Shown one piece after another: positions 1-12,183 of a stretch of DNA of 64,000 bases. Under the pieces are notes generated by a model. It ran no database searches. It had not been told where the DNA came from and saw nothing but the letters and a program-made list of their open reading frames with translations. Each line of letters starts with the position of its first letter. Within the stretch, counting starts at the first letter, position 1. The stretch covers positions 106,601,102 to 106,665,101 of the forward strand of contig NC_068985.1 in assembly GCF_001194135.2 (NCBI RefSeq), read 5' to 3'. Origin of the DNA: Octopus bimaculoides (taxonomy: Eukaryota). Made by a program: the position numbers and the translations under genes.

Positions 1-67
1 GGTAAATGGAACCTACATAACTGGACATTTCCCAGACTGTTTTTCTTCTGAAGATGGGCCTTTGCAT
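1..67 (-). CDS. Partial coding exon running off the window edge; continuation of the unidentified minus-strand gene
   Basis: Acceptor ...ctttatatttcAG at 69-68. The phase-1 reading (N)AKAHLQKKNSLGNVQLCRFHL is open to the edge and joins the 3307-3224 exon. The phase-0 frame is also open to the edge and a phase-2 reading could end at a t|gtaggt donor, so the frame is not certain. Confidence 0.5.
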   Translation of the reverse strand, partial: MQRPIFRRKTVWEMSSYVGSIY

Positions 68-499
68 CTGAAATATAAAGGTTTTATAAAACTTTCTGCA
101 TTGTCAGAAGCTTTCTATTTTCTCTCTTTTACCTTCTTTGATAATTGATAAAATATGAACTGAATGTTTAGACAACTCCAGATAAATCAAGCAAGGAATA
201 TAGGCCACACATTAAACATAACATTGAGATAGATTGAGAAAGAAACATGAGCTAGCAATATATTAGAAATAACAAATTTTAGTTATGGATTATAAAAGAA
301 ACTAAGTTTCTACTTACTCTCACTATCCATTTTACCTACATTTTGGGGGAGGAGAAATAATAAATAGCTATAATTAAATGTGGTTATCATGTTATCACAG
401 CTCTCATATTATGAGAATGATGTTATGGGAAAGACTAATGTGGTGTACAGTGAGGACAGCATATTGTATAAAATCCAAGAAAGTTTGGAGGTGTCAACA

Positions 500-770
500 A
501 CTTTAGAGTGTAGTTTGCAGCTATGATTGTACAACAGTGATACAGAGTAGCACACAACTGAATGACAGTGTAGTCTTCACTGGGGAATACTGTAGAATGT
601 ATAGTTGTAGGACAATGCGGCGTAAAGCTGTGGGATAGTACAGTGTAATGCACAACTGTAGAACAGTGTTGAAGGACAGTGTAGCGCACAACTGCAGGAC
701 AGTATAGCGAACATGTACTGGGTACTGAGGTGCATAGTTGAGGGGCAGTGTAGTATATAGCTATAGGTTA
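500..770 (+). repeat. Degenerate minisatellite, unit about 23 bp (approximately acagtgtagcgcacaactgtagg)
   Basis: Recurring acagtgtag / cacaactg motifs, clearest at 640-715. Confidence 0.6.
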
Positions 771-996
771 TATATTTATTTATTTCTCTCTTTTCTTACT
801 TTAAGAAAAAAAAAAAAAACGACTCTATATCTATCTGATCTGATTAAACAACAAAGGACTTTCTGATTTATCTGATTTCCATTAAAAGTCTTGAATTTGA
901 TATCACACTGATGAGGTCATGATAAGATTGAAATGCGTATTATTTTTATTACCTTCATTACTACAGATTATCTATAAAATAAATTAAACAGAGTTC

Positions 997-1032
<36 letters not shown>

Positions 1033-1051
1033 TACTACTACTACTACTACT
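997..1051 (+). repeat. Compound (ATT)n-(ACT)n microsatellite
   Basis: Directly visible. Confidence 0.95.
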
Positions 1052-3223
1052 GCTATCAAATAGTCAATCTTCACTTCAATAATGTGAAATGGATTGGACT
1101 GATCAAAAAATGCTTGTTAAAGGAAAACATTTCCAGTCATTGTTTAACGACAGTTGTGGGCTCATTAATGTATGACGATAGTTATCATCACATGTTGTTT
1201 GTCATGAAGGCAACAGCTAAAAGAATGCAAAGAACTGAGTGTTCATGTTGCTTGTCTCATGATGTATGCACATGAAATATGGCTGCAGTTGAATACGAAA
1301 AGGCTTAGATGGAAAAGAATTTGCATTGAACATTTGAATTTAGGAAAGACCTGCCATTAAAATCTGTAGCAGGGAAAACTAATGAATTCATTCAACTTTC
1401 TCTTCTCTCTCACTCTATCTCATTCACATCTATCTATCTATCAATTTGAAAAAGATCCAGGCACTTTTATTTTCTCTTGCCACCTTTTTTATATTAAAAA
1501 CTGTAGCCATCTGATTTCATTAAAAACAAAACAAAAACAGCTTTCTGATTTAACTGTTCTCCATAAGTTATCGTGAATTTGATATCACTTTGATGAAAAT
1601 TGAGATATGTACATATGACTGGAAATTTATCTCTATAATTTTTTGTTACTATGAAATAGATTGAACACAGTTCTACAGTTGGATTACTATTATTGCAAGA
1701 AAAATAAATAGATAAGTATGAAATAGCTTCTCTCCCTCACTAAAGTAAAATGAATGGACCAATTTTAAAAAAAGAATTATGTTTGCTTTTTATTCACTTT
1801 TATTTTTATACTATTACTATTATTATCATTATTATTATTGCCTTAGCTTGACTTGGTGCTTATTACAATGAATTCATCACTATTAAATAATGTTGAATAT
1901 ATTATTTAACAATGTACTCAGCCATTACCAAGTTCTTGATGAGCTATGCATTCTTCAGATAACATTTCAGTGATAACTACACAGACATTCAACTTTAATA
2001 ATTATGATTGAAAGTTTCTGAGCAACAGACTGTTTTATAAAGCTACATATAGTATCACAATTAACATAACTCATAAACATACAAATATATTGCATGCTTA
2101 CATTATTTTAATATATTTCTGATTCACATAAGATGTTTTTACACATACATACATACATATACCACACTAATATCTGGAGAAAATACCGTAATTTTTAAAC
2201 CTTTAGTTAGTTCTTTATATCATTACAGCAAACTATGACCTGAAACTATATTTTGGTACATACATTCCCTCTGAGATTATTGTTTGATAAATTTTGGCAG
2301 GAATTTCTCCACTGAAATGTACAGGCTTAACAGTTTATCAAATATACAGTTAAATAAGGGCCCTTAATTATGTTAGTACCTCAACCAATTTATGTGGCAC
2401 CCCAGAAGAGATGAGAAGTATCTACTCTATTATTAATTGTTGCTGTTTCAACACTGTATGGTTCAGTTTATGCAAATACCTATACACAAAAAAAAAAAAG
2501 GGAGAAAAAAGTCAGGTAGGAACAATTCTTAGAATGTCAGAGAATATCAGTTGATTTAGCTTCAAGAAATTGCATCTAAACTCTTAAGTTGGCCAGGCCA
2601 TCTAACTAAACACATACCACAGTATCATAATTGATGAATGGTCTGCTAGATTGAATTGTTGGGTTGCAATCCTCTAATACAGAATTTAGCAGCTGTCATT
2701 ATTTTTTTAATTATATGAGCATAAACCTGTCATTGAAGACTGGTGTCTTTTGCATTTGTTGGTGCTGAACCAAAGATGTGTCAAGTGCAGATATAATTTC
2801 TTGAAGCAAGAGGAGTTGGTCATTTCTTAGTTAAATAGTGAATTCAGGAGTTAAATAGTGAATTCATTTTTAAACACCCCAGTGCTATAAGGAGTTAAGA
2901 AACCTAAGAGTGTAAAAAAGTAGACAGCTGACAATTCTTGTGAATGACCCCAGTAAAATAAACATATTAGCAAAGTATATTATCCAGCTATGAATGATAA
3001 TTTTGGGGTAATATGAACACATATAAAAGTAATAAGAATTGTGGAAAAAAAAAAAAAAAAAAAAAAAAAAAGCATTATAATCAACAAATAACACCTAGAA
3101 ATGAACATACATAATAATAATATTAAAATACTGGTCTAATAGGGCGAGAACAGAGAAACATTGAGACCTAAATAACTAAACAGTACACTTAAATCAATAC
3201 TGAAATTATATTAATATCATTAC

Positions 3224-3307
3224 TTTTAGTGTCTTCATCTTCCAGTGTAGCACTGCTATCTGTGGATTCTTTAATACCATCGTTTTTCTTTGCCACCAAG
3301 CTACGAC
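3224..3307 (-). CDS. Internal coding exon, 84 nt, phase 1-1: (S)RSLVAKKNDGIKESTDSSATLEDEDTK
   Basis: Strong acceptor tttcttttctctatttcAG and donor AAA|gtaatg. The frame is open and the length is divisible by 3. The phase-0 frame is also open but does not fit the neighbouring exons. Confidence 0.72.
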
Positions 3308-5050
3308 CTGAAATAGAGAAAAGAAATTTGAGTGGTAATTCTAGCAAATTTCAAAATGAACAAAATTACATTGAGGCTGGAAAGATACTGTACAATAGAA
3401 TATCACTTGTAATTAGAAGTATGAGGTGGTGGCCATGGCAACAGAACATTATGCTTGTGATTTGGCTGATTATGACTTCGGACACTTGTGACATGGTGTA
3501 GTCATTACATGACACAGTTTATGACATGGAGGTCAGTTAAAATGTTCATAAAATATAGAGGCATGGGTGATTTGGTTGCTTGTTTGACTATGAATGACAT
3601 GTATAAGGTTTGAGGATATAGGTCCAAGGTAGAGAGGTTAAAAAAGGGAAGAGATGAAGTGGTCAAGATGGCAGAAGACAGTGAAAGGAACGGGGAGAGG
3701 AAAGATATACAGCACATTCCTAATACACAAGTTAGGCGGGGGTGGGGTGGGGTAAGGGACAACTTCCCTGATTCCATGTACCAATAGTATTGATACTTAA
3801 TATCAGGTATGGAGACTAATCTTTTTCAAAACAGCTGTCATGAATGCTGATCCTATGGATCATGTAGCTTTTACTATGGAGGAATTCAACTCTCAACTAG
3901 TGATGCAGTAACTTATAATTGCAGTTAAATGAACAGGGCTGTTGACAGTTCAGTATGATGGATAGCAACAAAGACAAAACATGAATCGGCATTCTCCACA
4001 ATTATAGAAACCTTTATACCAGAGAACAACACAGGACATAATTTGTATATAAAGCTTTGCTAGTGGCAGATAGCTTCATTATACATGTTATACATTATAT
4101 ACACGGTCACCAAAAGTTATATGAAGTCACTGCATTGTTACATGCAGTTCACTGTAAAGATCCACGTGCAGCAAGTTCAAACTGCAAAACAACAGAAACA
4201 CAGCAGCTAAGATAAACACTTGGAGCATTTCTAGAGGGCAAGATAAAAATTAAAGTTGTCTCCCATTACCTTGTGTATTTACCACTATAATCTCTCTCCT
4301 TCCCACATCTCTCTGCCATTTCTTCTTTATTTGAGCATGTTTATTACACACACACACACAATTATTATATACAAATATGTGCGCATCTCATACATCATCT
4401 CACATAACCCAAATTTCACTGACACACCTTTCTACACACTCATACATTCTCTCGCTCATACATGCACCCCTCCTACAAATACACAAACACTTCACATTTT
4501 CCTCACATTCTAATACATATATACACATACACTCATTATATGCTCACATACACCTTTCACTTCCAATACACACACACACACTTGATACAAAATACACAGT
4601 GGAAATAAAATTTTATCCTTTGGCAAAGTAAATACATAGTATATGTTTAGTTGGAAAACAAATACAACACAGAAATACTGATTTAAGTAGTTAGTATTCA
4701 CAATATTTATATTGATAGATATTCTGGTGTACTTATGTAGCATGGTGTGCCTTCCTTAAGGCTGAATACTATATCCATAATACTGAATGTTTTAGATATA
4801 TTGGTTCATATACTTATATAGCAGAGTGCTTAAGATTTAACACTTCACTATTCATTGCAGTGATGGTGTTAGATATGTTGGTATATATATAAAGTGATGT
4901 GACTTGTATATGGTTTAACAATATGGCATGTATAACACTAATGGTGTTAGATATAGGAGTGTATTTATATAGATTAGAATTGTTAGTGTGTCTTGCTTAA
5001 GGTTTAACACCTTAGAATTAATAACATCAGTGCTGTTAGTGATGTTGAAG

Positions 5051-5266
5051 TACAGGGTGTCCACAAAGTCGGGGTACATGATGATTAACACATACTTTAA
5101 GAAATTGTTATTTCTTATATTTAATTGTTTATGTTATGATTTTATTTACTCCATGTACCCACATAGGGATTAACACATACTTTAAGAAATTATTATTTCT
5201 TATATTTAATTGTTTATGTTATGATTTTATTTACTCCATGTACCCAGTCTTTGTGGACACCCTGTA
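5051..5266. mobile_element. Tc1/mariner-type MITE with TA target-site duplication and an internal 78-bp duplication
   Basis: Left end TA-cagggtgtccacaaagtcggggtacatg; right end catgtacccagtctttgtggacaccctg-TA is its near-exact inverted repeat. 5083-5160 is repeated at 5168-5245 with one mismatch. Confidence 0.9.
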
Positions 5267-7164
5267 TTTATACAGATTGATGTGATTATCAAGGAAGTTC
5301 TGCTACTATGAGATATAACATGCCAGCAAGGTCTGGCAGGGGTGGTTTGACTATTAAAGGTTTAAGGTCCCAAATTATTTAGATAACAAACAAATAGAAA
5401 TTTAATTTGAAAGCTCCATTTGAATAAATGAGAAAAAAGAAAGCTAATGTCATTTGGATCAATTAATAAAAGGTATCTTGGGTTGTGAACATATTTGGGT
5501 CATGACAGCAATAATTGATTCTCACAACTGTTAAGGCAGAATTTTGATAACATGCAATTGATTTTGCAAAGAATATGCATGTGTGTGTATGTGTGCATGT
5601 GTGTCTATACATGAGAGAATGTGTTTAAAAGTTTAGTTACCTATATGTAACAGACTTTAAACACTTTTTTTTAATGCTTTTTAATATAAAATTTATGTGA
5701 GTGAGCGCATGCGTGAGTGAGTGTATATGTGTGTGTGTGTGTGTGAGGAAGTGAGGGGTGTTGTAGAGTTAAGTTTAAGACTGAAGAAAAAGGGAGTAGC
5801 AGTACCTTTTGCAACAGAAGCCCCCATCGTGATCGTTAGCCTTGGCCTAGAATGGTGTGGCGTGCAGTGCAGAAGTAATGGCTATGGTAGCTTCCAATGA
5901 TACGAAACAAAAGCAAATGCCACCGATAGTAACTGCTACCAACTGTGGCACAGTAGCAATGATGGCAGGTGGTAGAAGACTCTAGCAGCCACCCTGGATT
6001 TATAGACAGGTGACTATTTCATTTGTAGAGGGTGGATAGAAAGGGTGAAGGTGGTGAATGAAGTTTGTCTTGAGAGAGAGGAGGAAGAAAAGTAAAGAAA
6101 GTTTAGTGTAATCGTAAAGGTAACTAGATAGCAGAACAACAATGGAAGGGGTGTGATGAGGTTTTGTTACTGGAGTTGTTTGTGGCATGTGTGAGGTTTC
6201 TTTCTTTTGTTTTTTGTGTTCATTGCTGATTACAAATATAGAATTGCAGTGGCAACCTAACCCACCAATCCACCCAACAACCGCTCAATAACAGCAGCAG
6301 GGATATAGGAAACAGAAGTTATTCTTCATCATTGTCATCTTTCTGAATAAAACAACACATTTATCTGAAGAAGATATTTTTATAGCTAGAAACTAAGTGA
6401 ATACTTTCAGTATCAGTTTCAACTTTGCTCTACTGTTGTAGAGGTGCTGGAATGAACCAGCTATATCCTGTCAAAATTGCTGTTATTCAGCACTTGTTGT
6501 GGTAGATGCTGCTGCTATTAACATCACCACTTAGCTGTATTGAAGTAGTTAACTAAAGTATGTGTGTATAGCTGTTGCTGTTTAGTTGCTGGTCGGCCTT
6601 GAATGAACAAAAAACACATTTGAAAGCATCCCATCATTTCTCCATATGGTTTTCCTTTTTCAAGAAAATCTGGCTTGTGATCTGAGGGAGATTTGGCTGC
6701 TATTTCAAGGAGGTGGAAGACCAGTATAGCTGCCAAATGTGAGCATTTACGAAGGATAAAGGTGAGTAGTAATAAGTATCATATAAAACATCTTTATGAA
6801 TGATAACTTGAAGTTAGTATTATTATATCGGAATACTGTTGTGATTAAGTATTTTGGTGTTGTTTGAGACTTATTAAAAAGATTAGCAGCAGTGAAAATC
6901 CTTGTAGAAAACCCAACTTTGATACAGGAGCTTGCTGATTTTTTGTCATTATGCCTCTGTTACTTTTCTAATGTAGTCCCATTGTATATAGTGTAGAAGG
7001 AACCCCGCTACTTTTTTTTCTGTGTGGTAGACACTGCCTAGTTTGATATCAACCTGCTCCTTCAGTGCCTTTAGCAGAGTTCATTCGATGGTAAGCATTC
7101 AGTTCAGGCCTTTGGCAGAGGGTTGATGTGACTTTTCAATGCACTGCCATTCTCTACTCTTTCC

Positions 7165-7415
7165 TGAAATGTGAAAACCCTCTCCAATACCCATGGACTT
7201 GAAGCCAATCTAAATCTCGCTCATCACCTTCTACATGAAGAAGACCACACATGCTATTCTTCAAGACCACTCATGCTATTCCTCTCAAGACACACATATC
7301 TCAACCTCTGGCTTGAATCCGTCTCAGCCGCCCAGGCTACATTCTTTACTCTAACTTCCTCACAGAAGATGGTGTCTACACTTAACTATTCTCTACTCTC
7401 CCTGTTAGTCATCTC
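7165..7415 (+). mobile_element. Degraded non-LTR retrotransposon (L2/CR1/Crack-like) AP-endonuclease N-terminus
   Basis: Translation NTHGLEANLNLAHHLL...LMLFLSRH...QKDGVYT resembles the recalled NIRGLxSNxxxVxHHL...HLLFLTETQ...KGGVCAY pattern. Frameshifted. Confidence 0.5.
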
Positions 7416-7430
7416 TCTCACCTGAATATT

Positions 7431-7643
7431 GGTTTCAAATTTTGGCACAAGGCCAACAATTTCGAGGGAGGCTAAGTTGATTACATTAACCCAGGTGTTC
7501 GACTGGTACTTATTTTATTGACCCTAACAGGATTAAAGGCAAAGTTGACCTCTGCAGAATTTGAACTCAGAACATAAAGAAGGGTGAAATGCTTCTAACC
7601 ATTTTGTCTGACATGCTAACAATTCTATAATCTCACCACCTTA
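7431..7643 (-). mobile_element. tRNA-derived SINE, family A (octopus OK/OR-type; exact family not assignable), with a 15-bp TSD
   Basis: Reverse complement of the family A copy at 16381. Flanked by identical tctcacctgaatatt at 7416-7430 and 7644-7658. Confidence 0.85.
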
Positions 7644-7703
7644 TCTCACCTGAATATTAGCAATAACTTCCAGTTACTCCAACCGTTTTCTCACTCTCCT
7701 AAA

Positions 7704-8463
7704 TATCAGGTCATTAAGAATGAAATGTCCGATTTTCTTATACACCAAGTTTGACAGTCGTTAACTCCAAAGTTTTATCCTGACAGTTCTTTGTTTTACA
7801 ACACTGAAAAGTTACATCATTTTTCCGAAATGCAATTTACGGTGTCTGATTATATGGGGAGTTTTCTCTTGTAAATCAATTTTTGTGAATCCATGGATAG
7901 ATCAAAAATTTGTGTTGTTTATGAATATGAGTTCCATTGTGGAAGCAATGCATTCTGGACAGCTCAAAACATCAATGACGTGTTTGGTGAAGATGTGGCC
8001 AATGAGTGCACTGTACGTTGATGGTTTGAGAAGTTCCAGTCTGGTGACTTTACTCTTGAAAATGAGACTCTGGTAGACCTGAGACCAAGGTGGATAATGA
8101 TGAGCTGGAAACTGTAGTAGAAGTGGATACATCTCAAACTAGGTGTGAGTTAGCAGCAAGGTTTGCTGTTTTGATTCCAATTGTATTGGATCATCTGAAA
8201 CAAATCGGCAAGGTAAAGAAGCTGGACAAGTGGGTACTACACCAACTGAATGAGCATTAAATGACATGTCATCTTGAAACTTGCTGTTCTTTGCTGTCAT
8301 GGCATAAAAGCGAACCATTTTTACATGGTATTGTTACGCGTGTTGAAAAATGGATTCTGCATGGTGGTTGGATAGTGACGAAGTGCCAAAACACAATCCA
8401 AAAAAGAATATTCACCAAAACAAGCTAATGGTGTTTGTTTGGGAGTCCAGCACTGGTGTCATC
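7704..8463 (+). mobile_element. Mariner transposon remnant: 5' end plus a truncated, inactivated transposase
   Basis: From the ATG at 7893: MDRSKICVVYEYEFHCGSNA..TAQNINDVFGEDVANECTVR*WFEKFQSGDFTLENE..GRPETKVDNDEL...LKQIGKVKKLDKWVLHQL...FLHGIVTRVEKWIL...WLDSDEVPKH...KLMVFVW. This is a typical mariner HTH region plus a WVPHEL-like linker. It carries stops and frameshifts, and the first catalytic Asp is lost. No right TIR was found. Confidence 0.9.
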
Positions 8464-9249
8464 TCACAACATAACACAACACTAGCTGTAGAAACTTTTT
8501 AGTCACTGAACTTGACTTATATTTCTGTTGAGACATGATTTAACACTTCAATGTCCATTAACTATTTCTGCAACATATTTCTATCAACAACTATTAGTAT
8601 ACGAATTTTATCTAATTTTGAAAATAATAAAATAAGTTGGATAGCGTTAGTTAAGTATAAAATATTTAAAATTTATTTTGTCTTCAACCCCCAGTTAAGC
8701 CCTTCTACAATACTTTAACGCCTTGTGACTATGAGTGGTAGGTGAAGCAGTTCGGAACATGAAGAATCTTACTATAAGATAACTGACATTGATACACTAC
8801 ATAAAACAACACTCTTTAGTTATGCTTCAACAAACAACACATTGAAGGCTAAGAACATTTCCTCCACCTCTATGTATTTGAAACTGAGTGATATGAAGAA
8901 AACTGTTTCACCTGGACATTAGTAATTACCTGCATGCTCTATCTTTATTAACCAAGGCTAATGATATGGATAGGAGTCAATTAAATACTTATTAAGCAAG
9001 AAATCATTGCCATACTTTAGAAGGAAGTAGAAGCCCAAGTTTATAAATGTATAATCTAATAGGAATGTGTTAGATGGATAGGAGATAAATATATCCCTGG
9101 ATTGGATGGCAGTCTAGCACAGGTAGCATACAAATAATTTTGCATTTATGCATAACACACAAACACACATGTGCATATATATATATATATATAGATAGAT
9201 AGATAGTTTTTTGTTTGTGGTAAATGCTCAGGGGCAATACACAATGAAA

Positions 9250-10343
9250 ATGTGCAGAAAACAGTTTCCGTCACATTCCAGGGGGAGAAACTACAAGTAG
9301 TTGATAGCTTCCGTTACCTAGGTGACCAAGTCAGTAGCGGGGTGGATGCTCTGAGAGAGTAGCTGCTAGAATAAGAACAGCCTGGGCAAAGTTCAGAGAG
9401 CTCCTACCTCTACTGGTGACAAAGGGCTTCTTGTTCAGAGTAAAAGAGAGACTGTATGATGCATGTGTGCGAACAGCCATGCTACATGGCAGTGAAACAT
9501 GGGCTGTCACTGCTGAGGACATGTGTAAGCTTGCAAAGAATGAAGCTAGTATGTTCTGATGGACGTGTAATGTCAGTGTGCATATACGACAAAGTGTAAG
9601 CGCCTTGAGAGAAAAGTTGAGCATAAGAAGCATCAGATGTGGTGTGCAAGAGAGACGACTGCACTGGTATGGTCATGTGTTGTGTATGGATGAGGACAGT
9701 GTGTGAAAAAGTGTCACACCCTAACAGCAGAGGGAACCTGTGGAAGAGGGAGACCCAAGAAGACCTGTGATGAGGTGGTGAAGCACGAACTTCAAACATT
9801 GGGCCTCACAGAGGAGATGACAAGTGACTGAGACCTTTACAGATACACTGTGCTTGAGAAGACCCAGCAAGCCAAGTGAGACAGTAACTGTGGCCTATGC
9901 CAGTGCAGCATAACCAGCTCATTAAAGAGTACCCTTCAATCATTGGGCAATAAACTGCACTTGCAAAGATCTGCTGAGGCAAGTGAAGTTGTTGTCGTGG
10001 CCGATGACAGTACCACCTGATTGGCACCTGTGCCGGTGGCATGTAAAAAGCACAACTTGAGCATTGTCAATGCCAGTGCTGCCTGACTGGTCCTGTGCTG
10101 GTGGAACGTAAAAAGCACCATTTGAGTCAATGCCAGTGCTAGCTGACTGATCCCATGCTGGTGGCACATAAAAAGCACCCCCTACACTCTCAGAGTGGTT
10201 GGCGTTAGGAAGGGCATCCATCTGTAGAAACTCTGCCAGATTGGATTGGAGCTCGGTGCAGCCTTCTGGTTTGCCAGCCCTCAGTCAAATTGTCCAACCC
10301 ATGCCAGCATGGAAAGCAGATGTTAAACAATGATGATGATGAT
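9250..10343 (+). mobile_element. 5'-truncated RTE-clade LINE (ORF2 C-terminus, 3' UTR, (GAT)n tail)
   Basis: Translation VVDSFRYLGDQ...RIRTAWAKFRELLPLL...LYDACVRTAMLHGSETWA...RRLHWYGHV...GRGRPKKT is the RTE C-terminal signature. It has in-frame stops and a frameshift, and ends ...gttaaacaatgatgatgatgat. Confidence 0.92.
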
Positions 10344-10352
10344 ATATATATG

Positions 10353-10392
<40 letters not shown>

Positions 10393-10508
10393 TAAAATAT
10401 ATAGTTTTGGATTTTGTCCCTAATATTATTATATATATATATATATAATATCATCATCATCATCATCGTCGTCGTTTAACGTCCGCTTTCCATGCTAGCA
10501 TGTAACCT

Positions 10509-10575
<67 letters not shown>
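10344..10575. repeat. Interrupted (TA)n microsatellite tracts
   Basis: Directly visible. Confidence 0.9.
10450..10502 (-). mobile_element. Very short RTE 3'-tail insertion, opposite in orientation to the 9250-10343 LINE
   Basis: Reverse complement reads catgctagcatggaaagcggacgttaaacgacgacgatgatgatg, matching the LINE tail. Confidence 0.85.
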
Positions 10576-10580
<5 letters not shown>

Positions 10581-11766
10581 CACACATAACTATATACATA
10601 AAACACCATAAGAGATATTATCTCTGGACAATACTACAATAAATTTGCTTTGTGCAAAGGAATTACATTAGGTATGATGCACAGATGGCTATTTCAATCT
10701 GTTGCATATAATGAATTTATGATCAATCAGACTGCTATTGACAAAACTAGTGATTGTTCATTCACTGTTTTTCTATATCGGAGGTAACAGATTTCGTCCT
10801 AAGATGTGGTTGGCTAAGAGTACATACTACTGACAATACCCAGTGGGGCAGAAATGAACAACTAGCATTCTCACCAGCCACTGCTACAATGATTTTCACC
10901 TACCTCTAATACATATTGTGCTTTTAAAAGAATACCACAGAAAAATTGGTTTACATGATGTATTTACATTAGGTATGATACACGGATGGCTATGTATATA
11001 CATGTAATTACACACATAAACATGTAGAATTAAGAGCTGAGCCTGTATATACAACGAAAATAATCAGTAGTATTGAACTGGAGACCTGTTTATGTATAAG
11101 TAGAACTGGGGCCAGTGGTGGCTTCAAATTTTAGCACAAGGCCAGCAGTTTTGGAGAAGTGGGTAAGTCTTTTACATCAACCTCAGTGTTCCACTGATAT
11201 GTAATTTATAAACCCCAAAAGAAAAGGCAAAGCTGACCCATTTGAATTTACAATGTACAGTTGGAAGAAATGCCACTGAGCATGGAAACAATTCTAGTGG
11301 TGGTATGTATTAAAAATTAAAAACAGTTTAGATTTCCTTTTACAAGGTGTATGTATATTTCTAAGTCCCACTTTGATAATAATGTCACAGACTAAAAACA
11401 TTGAAAGGGAGAGCTGCTCTAAAGTAGAACACCTTTGAAAAGTGAGAACCTGATGGGGAGTCAGTCATAAATGATAAAATACCCAGAAATAGGGGATCTA
11501 CTCTGATGCAATAAACCGAAATAAATAGATGCTTATTTTCAGTAAATAACAAACCAAAATGTCCTCATTTGTATAATAGCAAACAAAATACATTGAAGCA
11601 ATAAAATTGTATTCTTTTTTTTTTAAGAGCAATATGTTGGGATAAATTTGCTTGAACAATGCTAAACAACAACAACAATAGTGACAACATGTGTGAATGA
11701 AGGAAATTTTGAATGGTTACTACCAGGTAGAAAAATTAGAAAACTTCAAATCAATTAAGTCCCTAC

Positions 11767-11823
11767 TGTCTCCAAAGAGAAAAGACATATTCGATAAAGG
11801 TAGTCCTAGATAACTCTCTATAT
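11767..11823 (-). CDS. Internal coding exon (D)IESYLGLPLSNMSFLFGD; 3' boundary uncertain
   Basis: Strong acceptor tgttttttctccttttcattattacAG, 161 nt downstream of the previous donor. Donor ACA|gtaggg gives 57 nt, phase 1-1. An alternative donor at 11724 (TG|gtagta) extends the exon to ...SRDLIDLKFSNFST and ends in phase 2. Confidence 0.65.
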
Positions 11824-11949
11824 CTGTAATAATGAAAAGGAGAAAAAACAGCTGGGAGGATTGCAACTGGAACACCTTTGCTAATATCTGCTGGATAAGG
11901 TTAGTCATCAGAGCACAACAGGTGTAGTGATGAAGTGAAGATGATATCA

Positions 11950-12183
<234 letters not shown>

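Noticed and set aside
5810-5995. GC-rich block with partial open frames on both strands
   Set aside because: No frame runs from an acceptor to a donor without a stop except a 44-nt piece that does not fit the phase; it probably derives from trinucleotide repeats.
6665-6761. Plus-strand exon-like stretch ending AAG|gtgagt
   Set aside because: All three frames contain stops, and the sequence is a reverse copy of dispersed repeat family C.
9900-10190. Regularly spaced repeats of about 60-65 bp considered as a CRISPR-like array (also 60706-60860)
   Set aside because: The whole unit is repeated with no unique spacers, it lies inside an RTE 3' UTR in eukaryotic DNA, and there are no cas genes.
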